DNA of 51,963 nucleotides, taken from contig JAFGGQ010000165.1 in assembly GCA_016930435.1 (NCBI GenBank), positions 1 through 51,963 of the forward strand. The letters are read 5' to 3'. This DNA is from a bacterium. GTDB lineage: Bacteria; UBP14; UBA6098; JAFGQG01. The position numbers were made by a program, and so were the translations under genes. The notes under the pieces are model-generated. The model was given only the letters and a program-made list of their open reading frames with translations. It had not been told where the DNA came from and did not search any database. This document shows, in pieces, positions 1 through 11,262 of this stretch (positions are counted from its first letter, which is position 1; every line of letters begins with the position of its first letter).

Positions 1-678
1 GATAGTTTTATTTCCGGAAGAAATAGGTTTTATTATACCAGGGGAACTATCCAGTTTTTGAGCGAACTTCAGGTCACCCAGTACCTTTACCCTATGAGGA
101 GGGGCGCCCAGAAGTATCAGGCGCTGGGCATCAGCTTGGGTCTTCATCAGCAGTAGCTGAAAATATGCCAGGGTTTCGATAAAATATAGTTTAAACCAAC
201 GAGCCCAATTGAAGGTCTTTGAATAAACCCTTCCGTTAATCATAAAAATATGGGGAGTTACCCTGCTGACCATGCGTATCATGTTATGCCACAATTCAGA
301 TTCGGTAAGGATAAGCATTACCGGCCTGATCCTACGCAGAGCTATACTCATAAAAATCTGATGATCCAGTGGCATAAAGCTGATAACCGCCGAATCTCCC
401 AGTAATTTACAGGCTTGTTCTTTACCAGTTTTTGTGATAGTTGTCAATAATATTTGGAATTGGGGGAATTTTTCTTTGAGTCGTGGGATGATAATGGCTG
501 CTAATCTTACCTCACCAACTGATGAGGTATGAATCCAGATTACCTGCCCTTTTAATCTGGGAATAAATCCCAGTCGTTCGGAGAGACCATACCCACAAAA
601 CATCGTAAAGAGCAGCATAGGTAATCCTCCCAACAGAAACAGGATAGTGGTGATAAGGGTATAGAACAGTATGATCAT
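1..678 (-). CDS. waaA: Kdo (3-deoxy-D-manno-octulosonic acid) transferase, N-terminal ~226 codons; C-terminus lies beyond the window start
   Basis: Not in the ORF track because it runs off the edge. Minus-strand translation from ATG (plus 676-678) gives MIILFYTLITTILFLLGGLPMLLFTMFCGYGLSERLGFIPRLKGQVIWIHTSSVGEVRLAAIIIPRLKEKFP...ILTESELWHNMI...LGAPPHRVKVLGDLKF. This matches the WaaA/KdtA N-terminus: a membrane anchor, a WIH-x-SVGE motif, an ELWPN-like segment and a GNLKFD-like segment. Confidence 0.7.
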   Translation of the reverse strand, partial: MIILFYTLITTILFLLGGLPMLLFTMFCGYGLSERLGFIPRLKGQVIWIHTSSVGEVRLAAIIIPRLKEKFPQFQILLTTITKTGKEQACKLLGDSAVISFMPLDHQIFMSIALRRIRPVMLILTESELWHNMIRMVSRVTPHIFMINGRVYSKTFNWARWFKLYFIETLAYFQLLLMKTQADAQRLILLGAPPHRVKVLGDLKFAQKLDSSPGIIKPISSGNKTI

Positions 679-852
679 AATTCTATTTTAAAAGTTATTT
701 GATTGTAAATATAAGCGGTTATCATTTTAATGCCAAGAAATTTATGAGGTCAGGGCTGGCATGATTTTTGACAATTCCGTAAACTCATTTACAAAAATCC
801 CGCCAGCCCCCCATTTCATTTTCCTGATGCATTCTTCCCCCTTAAAAATGGT

Positions 853-1827
853 TTAAAGCCAGCCAGTGGCCTTGTACCATTCCCAGGTTTCCCGGAGGGC
901 ATCTTGCAGTGAATATTCAGGCTGGAAACCCAGATGGTTCTTTATCTTTTCTGGTGAACAGACCCAACTTTGGGTAAGTTCCCTGAGTTTTTGAAGATCA
1001 AGCAATGCCGGTTTTTTTAACATACTGCAGAACAGAGTATTGGTCAGTGCAGCTGGATAGAGCAGTAAGCCTGGAATACGTATCCTGATACATCTGCGGC
1101 CCATTACCCGGCAGAGCAGGTCCCCAAAATATTGCAGGCTGTATGCCTCCGGATTAGCTACAAAATAGGTTTCTCCAATCGCCTTTTCGCTCATTGCGGC
1201 GTCGATTACGGCCCTGTTCAGATCCTTCACATAAATCGCTGAAAAAAGCATCTGGGGGTTGCTTAGGAGGGGAATAATGCCTTTTTTAGCCCATTTAAAA
1301 TAGAGAAATACATCCCCTTCGCGGGGCCCGAAAACCAACGGTGGATTAATGATGGTTACCGGCAACAGGGACTGGAAGCTTCTTACGAATTTTTCCCCTT
1401 CCAGCTTGCTTTTACCATAGTCGGTAACCGGTGCCGGAATGGAGTTTTCGTTTACCGGTTCTCCTTCACTGGGGCGCATGGCGGCCAGGCTTCCCAGGTA
1501 AACAAAGCGTTTGAGACTCCGGCATTCCTTTGCGCAAAGGGCCAGCAGATTTGCCACTGATTCGGCATTAACACGGTAATAATCCCTGGGGTCGTAAGCC
1601 TTGGTCAATCCGGCAAGGTGGAAAAGATAATCCAGATCCTTGAGTTCGCCCCTTAAATCCGCTGGTTCACAGATATCACAGATTGTGGTTGAAATCTTGG
1701 TAAGGGGCAAGCAATCCAGCCGGGAGGAGCTTCTGGCGGTAATATTTACCTCGAATCCCCGATCCAGCAAATCGTTTACCAGGTGGCTGCCGATAAAACC
1801 GGTCGCCCCGGTCACAAGCGCTTTCAT
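853..1827 (-). CDS. NAD-dependent epimerase/dehydratase (SDR family); sugar-nucleotide epimerase or reductase, specificity unknown
   Basis: N-terminal Rossmann motif MKALVTGATGFIGSHLV. Length is 324 aa. ATG start confirmed at 1827. Confidence 0.8.
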   Translation of the reverse strand: MKALVTGATGFIGSHLVNDLLDRGFEVNITARSSSRLDCLPLTKISTTICDICEPADLRGELKDLDYLFHLAGLTKAYDPRDYYRVNAESVANLLALCAKECRSLKRFVYLGSLAAMRPSEGEPVNENSIPAPVTDYGKSKLEGEKFVRSFQSLLPVTIINPPLVFGPREGDVFLYFKWAKKGIIPLLSNPQMLFSAIYVKDLNRAVIDAAMSEKAIGETYFVANPEAYSLQYFGDLLCRVMGRRCIRIRIPGLLLYPAALTNTLFCSMLKKPALLDLQKLRELTQSWVCSPEKIKNHLGFQPEYSLQDALRETWEWYKATGWL

Positions 1828-1932
1828 CTACTTATCACCCCGGGATAGTGCTTTTTTATCATTTAGGGGCCGGATTAATCCCGCAGAACTTGCCCGGATA
1901 AGAACCTCCGGCATTATTTAAAGCAATTAGAA

Positions 1933-4560
1933 TTACTTGCCTTGTTTTTCTTTAATAGCGGCCTGGGCTGCGGCCAAACGAGCGATGGGAACCCGGTAAG
2001 GACTGCAGCTTACATCGTTCAACCCGATCTTATGGCAGAACTCCACGGAGGCTGGTTCGCCACCATGTTCACCGCATATTCCTATTTCTATCTGGGGCTT
2101 GGTTTTACGGGCATTATCCACACATATCTTCATCAATTTGCCCACTCCGGCCTGGTCGATAGTTTGGAAGGGGTCCCGGTCATAAATGCCCAGTTCCACA
2201 TATTTTTTCAGGAATTTACCGGCGTCATCCCGGGAGAACCCGCAGCCCATCTGGGTAAGATCGTTGGTACCGAAGCTCATGAAATCGACTTCCGGGGCGA
2301 TCTCATCGGCGGTTATAGCGGCACGGGGCACCTCGATCATGGTTCCTACCCAGTAATCCTTGCCTCGGATCAGACCCATTTCGCCGGCGACCCTCTCAAC
2401 AATAATCTTGTTCAGTGCAAATTCCTTGACATTGCCGATAAGCGGGACCTCGATCTGGGGGATGGCATCAATCCCTTCCGCGCGGCATTCCACGGCTGCT
2501 TCAAGAATTGCCCGTGCCTGCATTTCGGTGATCTCCGGGTAACTCACCCCCAGGCGGCATCCCCGGAATCCGAGCATCGGATTGAACTCGTGCATGGATT
2601 CGATAAGCGCTTTCAGTTCAACTGCGTCCACACCCATTTCAGCCGTAACTTCCTGGATCTCTTCCTCCTCTTTAGGTAGAAATTCGTGAAGTGGCGGGTC
2701 CAGTAACCGGATAATCACGGGCAGGCCGTCCATCACCTTAAAGATCCCCTTAAAATCCTCTTTTTGCATGGGTAGCAGTTTATCGAGGGCCTTTTTACGG
2801 CCGGTTTCCTCCTTGGACAGGATCATTTCCCTGACGGCCTTGATGCGATCCCCCTCGAAGAACATGTGCTCTGTTCGGCATAGTCCAATACCCTGAGCGC
2901 CGAAGTCCCGGGCAACCTGTGAATCGCGGGGATTATCCGCATTGGTCTTAACCTTGAGCCTTTTTACCTCATCGGCCCAGTTCATCAGCCTGGCAAAATT
3001 CCCGGTCAATTCCGGTTTAATAGTTGGCACTTTCCCCAGCATTACCTCGCCGGCAGTGCCATCAAGGGAGATCCAGTCCCCTTCTTTCACGGTAACCCCA
3101 CCAACGGAGAACGATCTCTGGGCGTAGTTTACGTTCAGGTTGCCGCAGCCGGCCACACAGCATTTACCCATACCCCTTGCGACCACGGCAGCATGGGAAG
3201 TCATGCCCCCACGGGCGGTTAGAATACCCTGGGATACATTCATCCCTCCGATATCTTCAGGAGAAGTTTCGATTCGGACCAGGATAACTTTTTCCTTTTG
3301 AGCGGCCCATTCTTCGGCGTCCTCAGCGGTGAAAACCACCCGCCCGGAGGCGGCACCGGGTGATGCCGGCAAACCTTGAGCAACAACCTTTTTTTCTACG
3401 GATGGATCGAACATCGGGTGCAGCAGCTGGTCCAATTGATTCGCCTCTATACGCATCAGCGCCGTGTCCCTGTCGATCAGGCCCTCCTCCACCATATCCA
3501 CCGCGATTTTAACTGCAGCGGGAGCAGTTCGCTTGCCCGTTCTGGTCTGTAAAAAGTAAAGCGTCCCCTCCTGAATGGTGAACTCCATATCCTGCATCTC
3601 CTTATAGTGTTTTTCCAGCCGATTGCTGATCTCAAGGATCTGATCGTACATACTGAGGTTCTGCGTTCTCATATCCTCGATAGGGTGGGGTGTTCGAATC
3701 CCCGCTACAACATCCTCACCCTGAGCATTCATGAGGTATTCTCCATAGAGTTTTTTCTCCCCGGTAGAGGGATTCCGGGAAAAGAGAACCCCGGTTCCCG
3801 AAGTGCTTCCCATATTCCCGAAAACCATGGTTTGAACGTTCACGGCAGTTCCAACCAGATCAGTGATATGATTGATCTCCCGGTACTTGACTGCGCGCGG
3901 ATTATTCCAGGATTTGAATACGGCCTCAATGGCTTTGGATAATTGTTCCCGAGGATTATCCGGAAAACTTTCACCGGTTGTTTTTTGGTAAAGCTCAAGG
4001 TAACGTTCACAAAGATCCTTCATCCCGCTGGTATCCAGATCTGTGTCCTGTTTTACCCCGGCTTCATCTTTTTTCTGTTGGAAAATGTGCTCGAATTTTT
4101 CGTGTTCGATCCCCATCACCACATCGCCGAACATATTTATAAACCGCCGGTAACCATCCCAAACGAACCTTTCGTTCCCGCTTTTCCGGATCATTGCCTG
4201 GATGGTGGTCTTATTCATGCCCAGGTTAAGCACTGAATCCATCATTCCGGGCATGGACTGTGCTGCCCCGCTGCGCACAGAGACCAGCAGGGGGTTTTCT
4301 GCGCTGCCAAAGGCGGTACCCAGCAGTTGTTCCAGTTTATTCAAGTGTTCATCGATCTCGCGATCCACTTCCTGTGGGATTTTGCCTTCACGGAAGTAAA
4401 CATCACACATTTCCGCACTGATGGTAAAGCCGGGTGGAACCGGGATCCCGATATTAGTCATCTCAGCCAGATTAGCACCTTTACCTCCCAGAATAGATCT
4501 CTGGGAAGCATTTCCCTCGGCTTTGCCGCCACCGAAGAAATAAACAAACTTCTTGTCCAT
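1933..4560 (-). CDS. ppdK: pyruvate, phosphate dikinase
   Basis: 875 aa. The N-terminus MDKKFVYFFGGGKAEGN...GGKGANLAEM is typical of PPDK. A central phospho-His domain (GGMTSHAAVVARGMGK) and a C-terminal PEP-utilising TIM barrel (GICGEHGG) are present. ATG at 4558-4560 with AGGA upstream. Confidence 0.95.
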   Translation of the reverse strand: MDKKFVYFFGGGKAEGNASQRSILGGKGANLAEMTNIGIPVPPGFTISAEMCDVYFREGKIPQEVDREIDEHLNKLEQLLGTAFGSAENPLLVSVRSGAAQSMPGMMDSVLNLGMNKTTIQAMIRKSGNERFVWDGYRRFINMFGDVVMGIEHEKFEHIFQQKKDEAGVKQDTDLDTSGMKDLCERYLELYQKTTGESFPDNPREQLSKAIEAVFKSWNNPRAVKYREINHITDLVGTAVNVQTMVFGNMGSTSGTGVLFSRNPSTGEKKLYGEYLMNAQGEDVVAGIRTPHPIEDMRTQNLSMYDQILEISNRLEKHYKEMQDMEFTIQEGTLYFLQTRTGKRTAPAAVKIAVDMVEEGLIDRDTALMRIEANQLDQLLHPMFDPSVEKKVVAQGLPASPGAASGRVVFTAEDAEEWAAQKEKVILVRIETSPEDIGGMNVSQGILTARGGMTSHAAVVARGMGKCCVAGCGNLNVNYAQRSFSVGGVTVKEGDWISLDGTAGEVMLGKVPTIKPELTGNFARLMNWADEVKRLKVKTNADNPRDSQVARDFGAQGIGLCRTEHMFFEGDRIKAVREMILSKEETGRKKALDKLLPMQKEDFKGIFKVMDGLPVIIRLLDPPLHEFLPKEEEEIQEVTAEMGVDAVELKALIESMHEFNPMLGFRGCRLGVSYPEITEMQARAILEAAVECRAEGIDAIPQIEVPLIGNVKEFALNKIIVERVAGEMGLIRGKDYWVGTMIEVPRAAITADEIAPEVDFMSFGTNDLTQMGCGFSRDDAGKFLKKYVELGIYDRDPFQTIDQAGVGKLMKICVDNARKTKPQIEIGICGEHGGEPASVEFCHKIGLNDVSCSPYRVPIARLAAAQAAIKEKQGK

Positions 4561-4645
4561 TGAAATTCCTTCTTTTGATTACTTTAGGTTAATTATTATT
4601 TTTTTTTTACTTTTTTTCTGTTTTTATATTTATCACTGAATCCAG

Positions 4646-6028
4646 TTAAACCGGGTATGCTCCGTCAAAGCAGGCTGTACAATATTGGACGGAGGGCAAC
4701 TCTTTTACGGAGAGCATCCCCTCTTTGGAGAGATAACCCAGTGAATCAGCGTCAAGATATGCCCGGATCTCCTCAACTGTTTTCTGACTGGCGATCAACT
4801 CCTGGCTGGTCGGTGTATCGATTCCGTAAAAGCAGGGGTATTTAATCTGAGGGGAGGCCACCCTGAAGTGGACTTCCCGGGCGCCGCCCTGGCGAATCAT
4901 TCGAACCAGCTTGCGACTGGTAGTTCCCCGCACGATTGAATCATCCACAACCACCACCCTTTTCCCCTTCAATACCTCCCTCACAGGGTTATATTTTATC
5001 AAAACGTCGGCATCCCGGATATCCTGTTCGGGCATAATGAAGGTGCGGCCGATGTAGTGGTTCCGTATCAGACCATGATCGTAGGGTATCCCCGTTTCCT
5101 GTCCGTAGCCCACTGCGGCGGTATTGGAGGAATCCGGTACAGAGATCACGATATCAGCAGAAGCGGGGTGTTCCCGTGCCAATTGTCTTCCGAAACTACG
5201 GCGCACCTTATCTACACTGGTATTAAAAATGGTGCTGTCGGGCCGGGAAAAATAGATAAATTCGAAAATACATATCCTGTTTTCCCGTGGGGGAAAAGGT
5301 GAAAAGGACTGCAGGTTCAGGTTCCTGTCCACCACTACGAGTTCGCCGGGTTCCAATTGTCTGATATATTCAGCGCCCAGTATATCGAAGGCGCAGGATT
5401 CACTGGCAAAGATATAGGCTTCACCCAATTTCCCGATATTAAGGGGCCGGAAACCCCGGGGATCGCGCACGGCGATCAGGCTTTCCGGGCTCAGAAAAAG
5501 CAGTGAATAGGCACCGTTTATTTTTTTCAGCGCATCAATGATCATCAAATATAATTCATTACTGGGAGCACGGGCCAAGAGGTGGAGGATGACCTCGGTA
5601 TCGGAAGTGGTTTGAAAAATAGAACCATCTTCCTCCATCCCCTTCTTCAGTTGAATGGCATTGGTCAAATTGCCATTGTGAACGGCCGATATAACGCCCA
5701 TTTTAAAATTGATGGTAATCGGCTGAACGTTGATGTAATTGGTTTCACCGGCAGTGGAATAACGGTTATGGCCAATGGCAAATGTTCCTTTAAGTTTTTC
5801 AAAGATACGCTTATCCTTGAACACCTCGTTGACGAGTCCAAGGTTTTTATGTTCATAAAGGCTTTTTCCGTCGGTGGAGACGATGCCGGCTCCTTCCTGT
5901 CCACGGTGTTGGAGGGCATATAATCCACGGAAGGCATGCAATGCGGCGTGCCTTGACCCGGCGATTCCGAAAACTCCGCAGTGTTCACGGAGTTTATACT
6001 GGCCTATTGAACAATCAACACAATTCAT
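4646..6028 (-). CDS. purF: amidophosphoribosyltransferase (class II glutamine amidotransferase + PRTase)
   Basis: The N-terminal nucleophile segment CGVFGIAG is preceded by a 16-aa leader that may be a propeptide. A PRTase motif (VVVVDDSIVRGTT) is present. 460 aa. Confidence 0.9.
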   Translation of the reverse strand: MNCVDCSIGQYKLREHCGVFGIAGSRHAALHAFRGLYALQHRGQEGAGIVSTDGKSLYEHKNLGLVNEVFKDKRIFEKLKGTFAIGHNRYSTAGETNYINVQPITINFKMGVISAVHNGNLTNAIQLKKGMEEDGSIFQTTSDTEVILHLLARAPSNELYLMIIDALKKINGAYSLLFLSPESLIAVRDPRGFRPLNIGKLGEAYIFASESCAFDILGAEYIRQLEPGELVVVDRNLNLQSFSPFPPRENRICIFEFIYFSRPDSTIFNTSVDKVRRSFGRQLAREHPASADIVISVPDSSNTAAVGYGQETGIPYDHGLIRNHYIGRTFIMPEQDIRDADVLIKYNPVREVLKGKRVVVVDDSIVRGTTSRKLVRMIRQGGAREVHFRVASPQIKYPCFYGIDTPTSQELIASQKTVEEIRAYLDADSLGYLSKEGMLSVKELPSVQYCTACFDGAYPV

Positions 6029-6101
6029 GTTCCCGAGTTACCTCAAATTTAATACAAAGCTGGTATGGATTAAAGATTAATAATTAATTTTAAAAACGAC
6101 C

Positions 6102-7511
6102 CTAATCTTCACCTTCCCGGTTCAATTCTTCGGGCTTTCTAAAACGTGTCATATATTTCTCCAGAAAATCCTTTCGTATCCTTTTCAGTTCGCTATTCGG
6201 GAAGACTGAGAGCAATTCCCATCCCAGGTCGAGGGTTTCATCGATAGTCCGGTTGGTATATTCACCCTGGCCCACATATTTTTCCTCGAAATCCTGGGCG
6301 AAGTTATAGAACTGTTTATCGATGGGTGAAAGGGCAGTCTCGCCCAATATCACTGCCAGCTCCTGGGCTTGTTTGCCCCGGGCATAGGCGGCATAGAGTT
6401 GGTTAAAGATATCGTCGTGATCCTCACGGGTTTTATCGGAACCCACCCCTTTCTGCCGCAGCCTGGACAGAGAAGGCAGGACATCGATGGGGGGTAAAAT
6501 GCTCTTTTTATGCAGGCTTCTGGACAGTATTATCTGGCCCTCGGTAATATACCCGGTAAGGTCAGGTATTGGGTGGGTTTTATCGTCTTCAGGCATGGTC
6601 AGTATGGGGATAAGGGTAATCGATCCGGTTCTGCCTTTTATTCTTCCCGCCCTTTCATAGAGTGTAGCCAGGTCGGTATATAGATATCCGGGGTAACCCC
6701 TTCGGCCAGGGATCTCTTTTCGGGCCGCAGAGACCTCCCGGAGTGCTTCCGCGTAATTGGTCATATCGGTTAAAATGACCAGAATATGCATTCCTTTTTC
6801 AAAGGCAAGGAATTCTGCTGTTGTAAGGGTGACCCGTGGGGTCGATATTCTTTCGATGGCGGGGTCATCGGCCAGATTAAGGAAGAGCACTGCCCGTTCC
6901 AGTGCCCCGGTTTTGCGGAATTCATCGTGAAAATATTGCGCTTCCTCAAAGGTGATCCCCATTGCGCCAAAGACCACCCCGAATTGTTCTTCTTTGCCCA
7001 ATACCCTGGCTTGCCGGGCAATCTGGGCGGCTAAACGGTTATGGGGTAATCCCGACCCGCTGAAAATAGGCAGTTTCTGACCACGAACCAGCGTATTTAA
7101 ACCGTCAATAGCGGAGATCCCGGTTTGGATAAATTCGGAGGGGAACTGCCTCGCATAAGGGTTAATCGGATTACCGTCGATATTCAAACGCTGTTCTGGA
7201 AGGATCTCGGGTCCATCATCGATAGGGCGGCCAAGGCCATCGAATACCCGGCCCAGCATTTCACCGGACACCCCCAGTTCTATCCCCTTACCCAGAAACC
7301 TTACCCGGCTCTTATAAACATCAACACCCGTGGACCCCTCGAAAAGTTGAACCAGAGCCATATTCCGGTTGACTTCCAATACCTTTCCCCGACGCTTCTC
7401 GCCACTGGATAGTATAATCTCCACCAGTTCACCATAAGTTACACCCTCCACATCTTCCACCAGTATCAGTGGACCGGTGACATCCCGTATGGTCAAATAT
7501 TCTTTGAGCAT
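6102..7511 (-). CDS. atpB: V/A-type ATP synthase subunit B
   Basis: 469 aa. [19 protein letters not shown]... and a degenerate P-loop region are typical of the regulatory B subunit. It sits directly downstream of subunit A. Confidence 0.93.
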   Translation of the reverse strand: MLKEYLTIRDVTGPLILVEDVEGVTYGELVEIILSSGEKRRGKVLEVNRNMALVQLFEGSTGVDVYKSRVRFLGKGIELGVSGEMLGRVFDGLGRPIDDGPEILPEQRLNIDGNPINPYARQFPSEFIQTGISAIDGLNTLVRGQKLPIFSGSGLPHNRLAAQIARQARVLGKEEQFGVVFGAMGITFEEAQYFHDEFRKTGALERAVLFLNLADDPAIERISTPRVTLTTAEFLAFEKGMHILVILTDMTNYAEALREVSAARKEIPGRRGYPGYLYTDLATLYERAGRIKGRTGSITLIPILTMPEDDKTHPIPDLTGYITEGQIILSRSLHKKSILPPIDVLPSLSRLRQKGVGSDKTREDHDDIFNQLYAAYARGKQAQELAVILGETALSPIDKQFYNFAQDFEEKYVGQGEYTNRTIDETLDLGWELLSVFPNSELKRIRKDFLEKYMTRFRKPEELNREGED

Positions 7512-7538
7512 GATATTATCCTCTTAATCGCTTCTATT

Positions 7539-9296
7539 TTATTCCACTTGTTTAATAAGTTCCTCGATTGTGGTATTTAATTTTTCTTTTATCTGTGAAA
7601 TACTGTCCATATTTTCTTCCGGGATGTACTTTGCCCGGGCGATCTCCTCCCTAACAGGCAGAGATGACAGATCATCAAAGGGAACATTTTGACCAAGGGC
7701 CTGTTTGGCCTTTTCCCCGAAAGCCAGGATCAGGTCCAGCAAGCTATACTGCTTTTCAATAGAGCAATAGGTGTCCACTTCATGAAAGGCATGCTGCTGG
7801 AGGTAATCTTCCCTCAACGACTTAGCGATCTCGAGGGTCAATCTGTCCTGTGGGGCCAGTGATTCTGCGCCCACCAGCCTGACTATTTCGTTCAGGTCTG
7901 CTTCTTCCTGCAGGATTTTCATTGCGTCATCCCGCATGGTAATGAATTCCGGCCCTATTTTTTCCTTGATGTATTCATCTATATTATACAGTGAGTAGCT
8001 ATTCAGCCAGCTAATGGCGGGGAAATGGCGTTGGAAGGCCAGGGTGTCCTCCAGGCTCCAGAATACCCTGACTACTCTGAGGGTGGCCTGCACAATCGGA
8101 TCGGAGAGGTCGCCGCCCGGGGGTGAGACGGCGCCCACTGCGGTAAGCGCGCCTTCCCGGCGGTCGCTCCCCTGGCAGATGGTTCTCCCGGTACGCTCGT
8201 AGAACTCCGCGATCTTACGGCCCAGGTAGGCTGGGTAGCCTTCCTCGCCGGGCATCTCTTCCAGCCGGCCAGAGATCTCCCTCATCGCCTCGGCCCAACG
8301 GGAGGTGGAATCTGCCATCAGGGCTACTGAATAGCCCATATCCCTGAAATATTCTGCAATAGTTATTCCCGTATAAACGGAAGCCTCACGGGCTGCTACC
8401 GGCATGTTAGAGGTGTTGGCAATAAGCACAGTCCTTTTCATCAGAGGCTCACCGCTATGGGGATCGATCAATTCGGGGAACTCCATAAGCACATCGGTCA
8501 TTTCGTTGCCCCGTTCACCGCAGCCAATATAAACAATAATATCGGTATCGGCATATTTGGCCAACTGATGCTGGATAACCGTTTTGCCGGAGCCGAATGG
8601 ACCCGGGATGCATGCCGTTCCACCCTTCCCTACGGGGAAAAAGGTATCCAAAATGCGCTGACCGGTTGAAAGCGGTTGATCCGGCAGCATCTTCTCGACA
8701 ATGGGACGGGGTTTCCGAACTGGCCATTTATGATACATCAACAAGGGGGTTTCCTTGCCATCACCATTTTTCAGAATAGCTACTTCCTCTTCAATGGTGA
8801 ACTGGCCTTCTTTAATAGAAACGATAGTTCCCTCTAAGCCCGGAGGTACCATTATTTTATGTAAAACGATTGGGGTTTCCTGGACTTCCCCGATAATATC
8901 CCCGCTTATCACACTGTCTCCCTGCTTCACGGTCGGCTTGAAGTCCCATTTCCGGTTACGATCCAGTGCCGGAGCGGTTATCCCCCTGGTGATAAAATCA
9001 CCTTCCGCCTCCTTGATTACATCCATGGGGCGCTGAATGCCGTCATAAATAGCCTCGATAAGGCCTGGGCCAAGCTCCACCGAAAGGGGGGCAAAGGTAA
9101 GGTAAACGGGATCGCCAGGCCCCAATCCGCCGGTCTCCTCATAGACCTGAATAGAAGCCAGATCGCCATGTAACTCAATGATCTCCCCGATGAGTTTGTG
9201 TTCACTAACCTCCACCACGTCGAACATCTTGGCTCCCTCCATGTTCTCAGCCTCTACCAGAGGCCCGGAAACCTTGACAATCCTACCCGCTTTCAT
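7539..9296 (-). CDS. atpA: V/A-type ATP synthase catalytic subunit A
   Basis: 585 aa. Walker A motif GPFGSGKTV and an N-terminal beta-barrel are present. Confidence 0.95.
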   Translation of the reverse strand: MKAGRIVKVSGPLVEAENMEGAKMFDVVEVSEHKLIGEIIELHGDLASIQVYEETGGLGPGDPVYLTFAPLSVELGPGLIEAIYDGIQRPMDVIKEAEGDFITRGITAPALDRNRKWDFKPTVKQGDSVISGDIIGEVQETPIVLHKIMVPPGLEGTIVSIKEGQFTIEEEVAILKNGDGKETPLLMYHKWPVRKPRPIVEKMLPDQPLSTGQRILDTFFPVGKGGTACIPGPFGSGKTVIQHQLAKYADTDIIVYIGCGERGNEMTDVLMEFPELIDPHSGEPLMKRTVLIANTSNMPVAAREASVYTGITIAEYFRDMGYSVALMADSTSRWAEAMREISGRLEEMPGEEGYPAYLGRKIAEFYERTGRTICQGSDRREGALTAVGAVSPPGGDLSDPIVQATLRVVRVFWSLEDTLAFQRHFPAISWLNSYSLYNIDEYIKEKIGPEFITMRDDAMKILQEEADLNEIVRLVGAESLAPQDRLTLEIAKSLREDYLQQHAFHEVDTYCSIEKQYSLLDLILAFGEKAKQALGQNVPFDDLSSLPVREEIARAKYIPEENMDSISQIKEKLNTTIEELIKQVE

Positions 9297-9334
9297 AAAT
9301 CGTTACCTCCAATTATCTCCATAATTATTTTTCG

Positions 9335-9655
9335 TTACTCGGCAATATCCCTTCCTGCCGCCTTCTTCATAGTCTCCCGAACAAAGCTCAAGCCCATTTC
9401 CAAACTGCCGCTGATCTGGGGCAACAGAATCACCGAAGGCAAAGCCTCATAAGCGATCTTGTCAATTTGCTCGCTCAAAACAGGCTCCAGGTTCTCCGTT
9501 ATAAAAATAATAGCATATTTCCGGGACCTTACAAGCTTACCAAATACCTCGGGTGCCTCCGGTTCCGAATCTACAGGGAACACATCGATCCCAAGCGCCA
9601 TAAAGGGAACGACCGTTTGAACAGAACCGATAAAGGCCACCTTAGATTGCTTCAT
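9335..9655 (-). CDS. V/A-type ATP synthase subunit F
   Basis: 106 aa. MKQSKVAFIGS...VFP resembles V-type F subunits. Operon position lies between C and A. It overlaps the preceding gene by 14 nt. Confidence 0.75.
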   Translation of the reverse strand: MKQSKVAFIGSVQTVVPFMALGIDVFPVDSEPEAPEVFGKLVRSRKYAIIFITENLEPVLSEQIDKIAYEALPSVILLPQISGSLEMGLSFVRETMKKAAGRDIAE

Positions 9656-10646
9656 AAGCCAATACCTTCTTTATATATTCTTTAGGAATATTTGCCAGTT
9701 TAGCCTTAATGATAGCCCGAAGGCTCCTGATCTCAAACTCCTTCAAGTGCAAATAAGCAAAAAGAACTTCAAATCCAAATGGGGAGAACCGCACCATCTT
9801 GAGTTTTTGCACAAGCAGCCCTTCGCTGAATTTCATAAACGGAGTAAAGTCGCGATGATGGATAACCTTATTAATGACCTCCGACAAGGCCTGTCCGTAC
9901 TGTGTGTTTAGAAAAAGCGGGGACAACATTTCCGGATCCGTTTCCGCGCATTTTTTATAGAAACCCATATCCAGATACCCGCCCTGGTGATAGAAGTCCC
10001 AGAAGGGTTTCATGGTAATCTTTTGGAGTTTTAACCGGAGGAACAATGACAGATTAAAAAAATCGGTCTTCATTCTCCAGAATTCACGGACCAGTTGATT
10101 TGGTGGAATTTCGGAAAGCAAGGTTTGGTAATAATGGTATTCCAGAATATTATCGATGACAGAGGGGTTTCCGGTATTATCGAAGGCGCTTCGAGCATTA
10201 TGATAGGGTTCCCGGAGAAAGGCCGGCAGGGATTCATAATCTTCCAGCTCTACTACCCTTTTTAATTGGGAGATATCGATCGTTCCCCGGGGAAAATATG
10301 TATCCTCGCTGCTAATCTGTTGGGAAAGACTTCGTTTGAAAATCATGGCTAAGTTGAGATAATCATAGCGCCGCAAGAGTATCTCGGTGTATTTTTCTTC
10401 CTTAGATAGTTGCGCGAAAAGGGTGATTATTTTGTCGGATTCTTCCTTCAGGCTGTTTTCCCAGTCACCTTCTCTAACAGGAGGATAGCCAAACTCTTCC
10501 AGGATGTTCCACAATTGGTCACTGGTGGCGTCGAGAAGGCGGTTAAAATCACTCTTATTGAGCAATTTCCGTTCAAGACCTCTCACCAGGCCGGTAGCGT
10601 AGGCATAGGCTGGGTCGCCTTTAAATATGGGTGGATTTAGTATCAT
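9642..10646 (-). CDS. V/A-type ATP synthase subunit C (d-type rotor-socket subunit)
   Basis: 334 aa, mostly helical. Operon position lies between E and F, as in I-K-E-C-F-A-B operons. Confidence 0.65.
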   Translation of the reverse strand: MILNPPIFKGDPAYAYATGLVRGLERKLLNKSDFNRLLDATSDQLWNILEEFGYPPVREGDWENSLKEESDKIITLFAQLSKEEKYTEILLRRYDYLNLAMIFKRSLSQQISSEDTYFPRGTIDISQLKRVVELEDYESLPAFLREPYHNARSAFDNTGNPSVIDNILEYHYYQTLLSEIPPNQLVREFWRMKTDFFNLSLFLRLKLQKITMKPFWDFYHQGGYLDMGFYKKCAETDPEMLSPLFLNTQYGQALSEVINKVIHHRDFTPFMKFSEGLLVQKLKMVRFSPFGFEVLFAYLHLKEFEIRSLRAIIKAKLANIPKEYIKKVLAYEAI

Positions 10647-10649
10647 TTT

Positions 10650-11225
10650 CTATTCGAATAGCACCTGGGTTACCCGGTCCTCCATTTTGTCCTTAAGCTC
10701 CTGGAACATTGATTGCAGCGTGAAGTCATACCTGATCCGGCCGGAGGTCAGGACGCAGCCATGATCAAAGCTGTCATCCTCGATCCTTTCGTAGGATCCT
10801 CCGGTTTTTTCCCGAAGCTTTTGGATAAAGGCCTGATCAAGCTTATCCAGGTCTTTTTTCCCGACTAATACCTTACATTTGGTTTCATTAACCTTGCTCA
10901 ACATTTTAACGAACCGTGCCCTATATTCTTCCGGATCCAGTTGGGCAAATCTTTCCCGTGCCTGATCAAATATCCGGCTCAGGAGCTCCTGCTTTTTGGA
11001 CAGAAGTTCTCGCCGAAGCTCGGCCTCCCCGCTGGTAACCAGTTGATCGAAAAGTTGTTTCTTCTCCTGCTCTGCCCGAACCCCGGCTGACTTTAAAATT
11101 TGGTCTATAGTATCCTGATAAATTTCATTCTGTTTTTGAAGGGCATCTTCGTGTTGAGCCTGAAGTATCTTAAGATTCTCTTCAAAATCGGATTTAATTC
11201 GGTTTATAATATCCTCTAAGGCCAT
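10650..11225 (-). CDS. V/A-type ATP synthase subunit E (peripheral stalk)
   Basis: 191 aa. A charged coiled-coil N-terminus is followed by a globular C-terminus. It follows the K subunit. Confidence 0.6.
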   Translation of the reverse strand: MALEDIINRIKSDFEENLKILQAQHEDALQKQNEIYQDTIDQILKSAGVRAEQEKKQLFDQLVTSGEAELRRELLSKKQELLSRIFDQARERFAQLDPEEYRARFVKMLSKVNETKCKVLVGKKDLDKLDQAFIQKLREKTGGSYERIEDDSFDHGCVLTSGRIRYDFTLQSMFQELKDKMEDRVTQVLFE

Positions 11226-11262
11226 CTGAGATTTTCCTTATTTCAAGATTTAATCGCTGGTT

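Noticed and set aside
1828-1932. Small palindromes CCGGA-N8-TCCGG and GGATTAATCC between ppdK and the epimerase gene, considered as terminators.
   Set aside because: Neither is followed by a U-tract on the transcribed strand. The genes are probably co-transcribed.
1942-2679. Long antisense ORFs inside real genes. Examples: 1942-2679(+) inside ppdK, 27718-28503(+) inside the ASKHA gene, 11495-11944(+) and 12101-12709(+) inside the atp genes, 17774-18259(+) inside the OMP gene, and 21383-21760(-) inside the sigma-54 regulator.
   Set aside because: All lie opposite strongly supported genes that have recognisable motifs. They have no ribosome-binding site or homology signal. They are typical shadow ORFs in ~50 % GC DNA.
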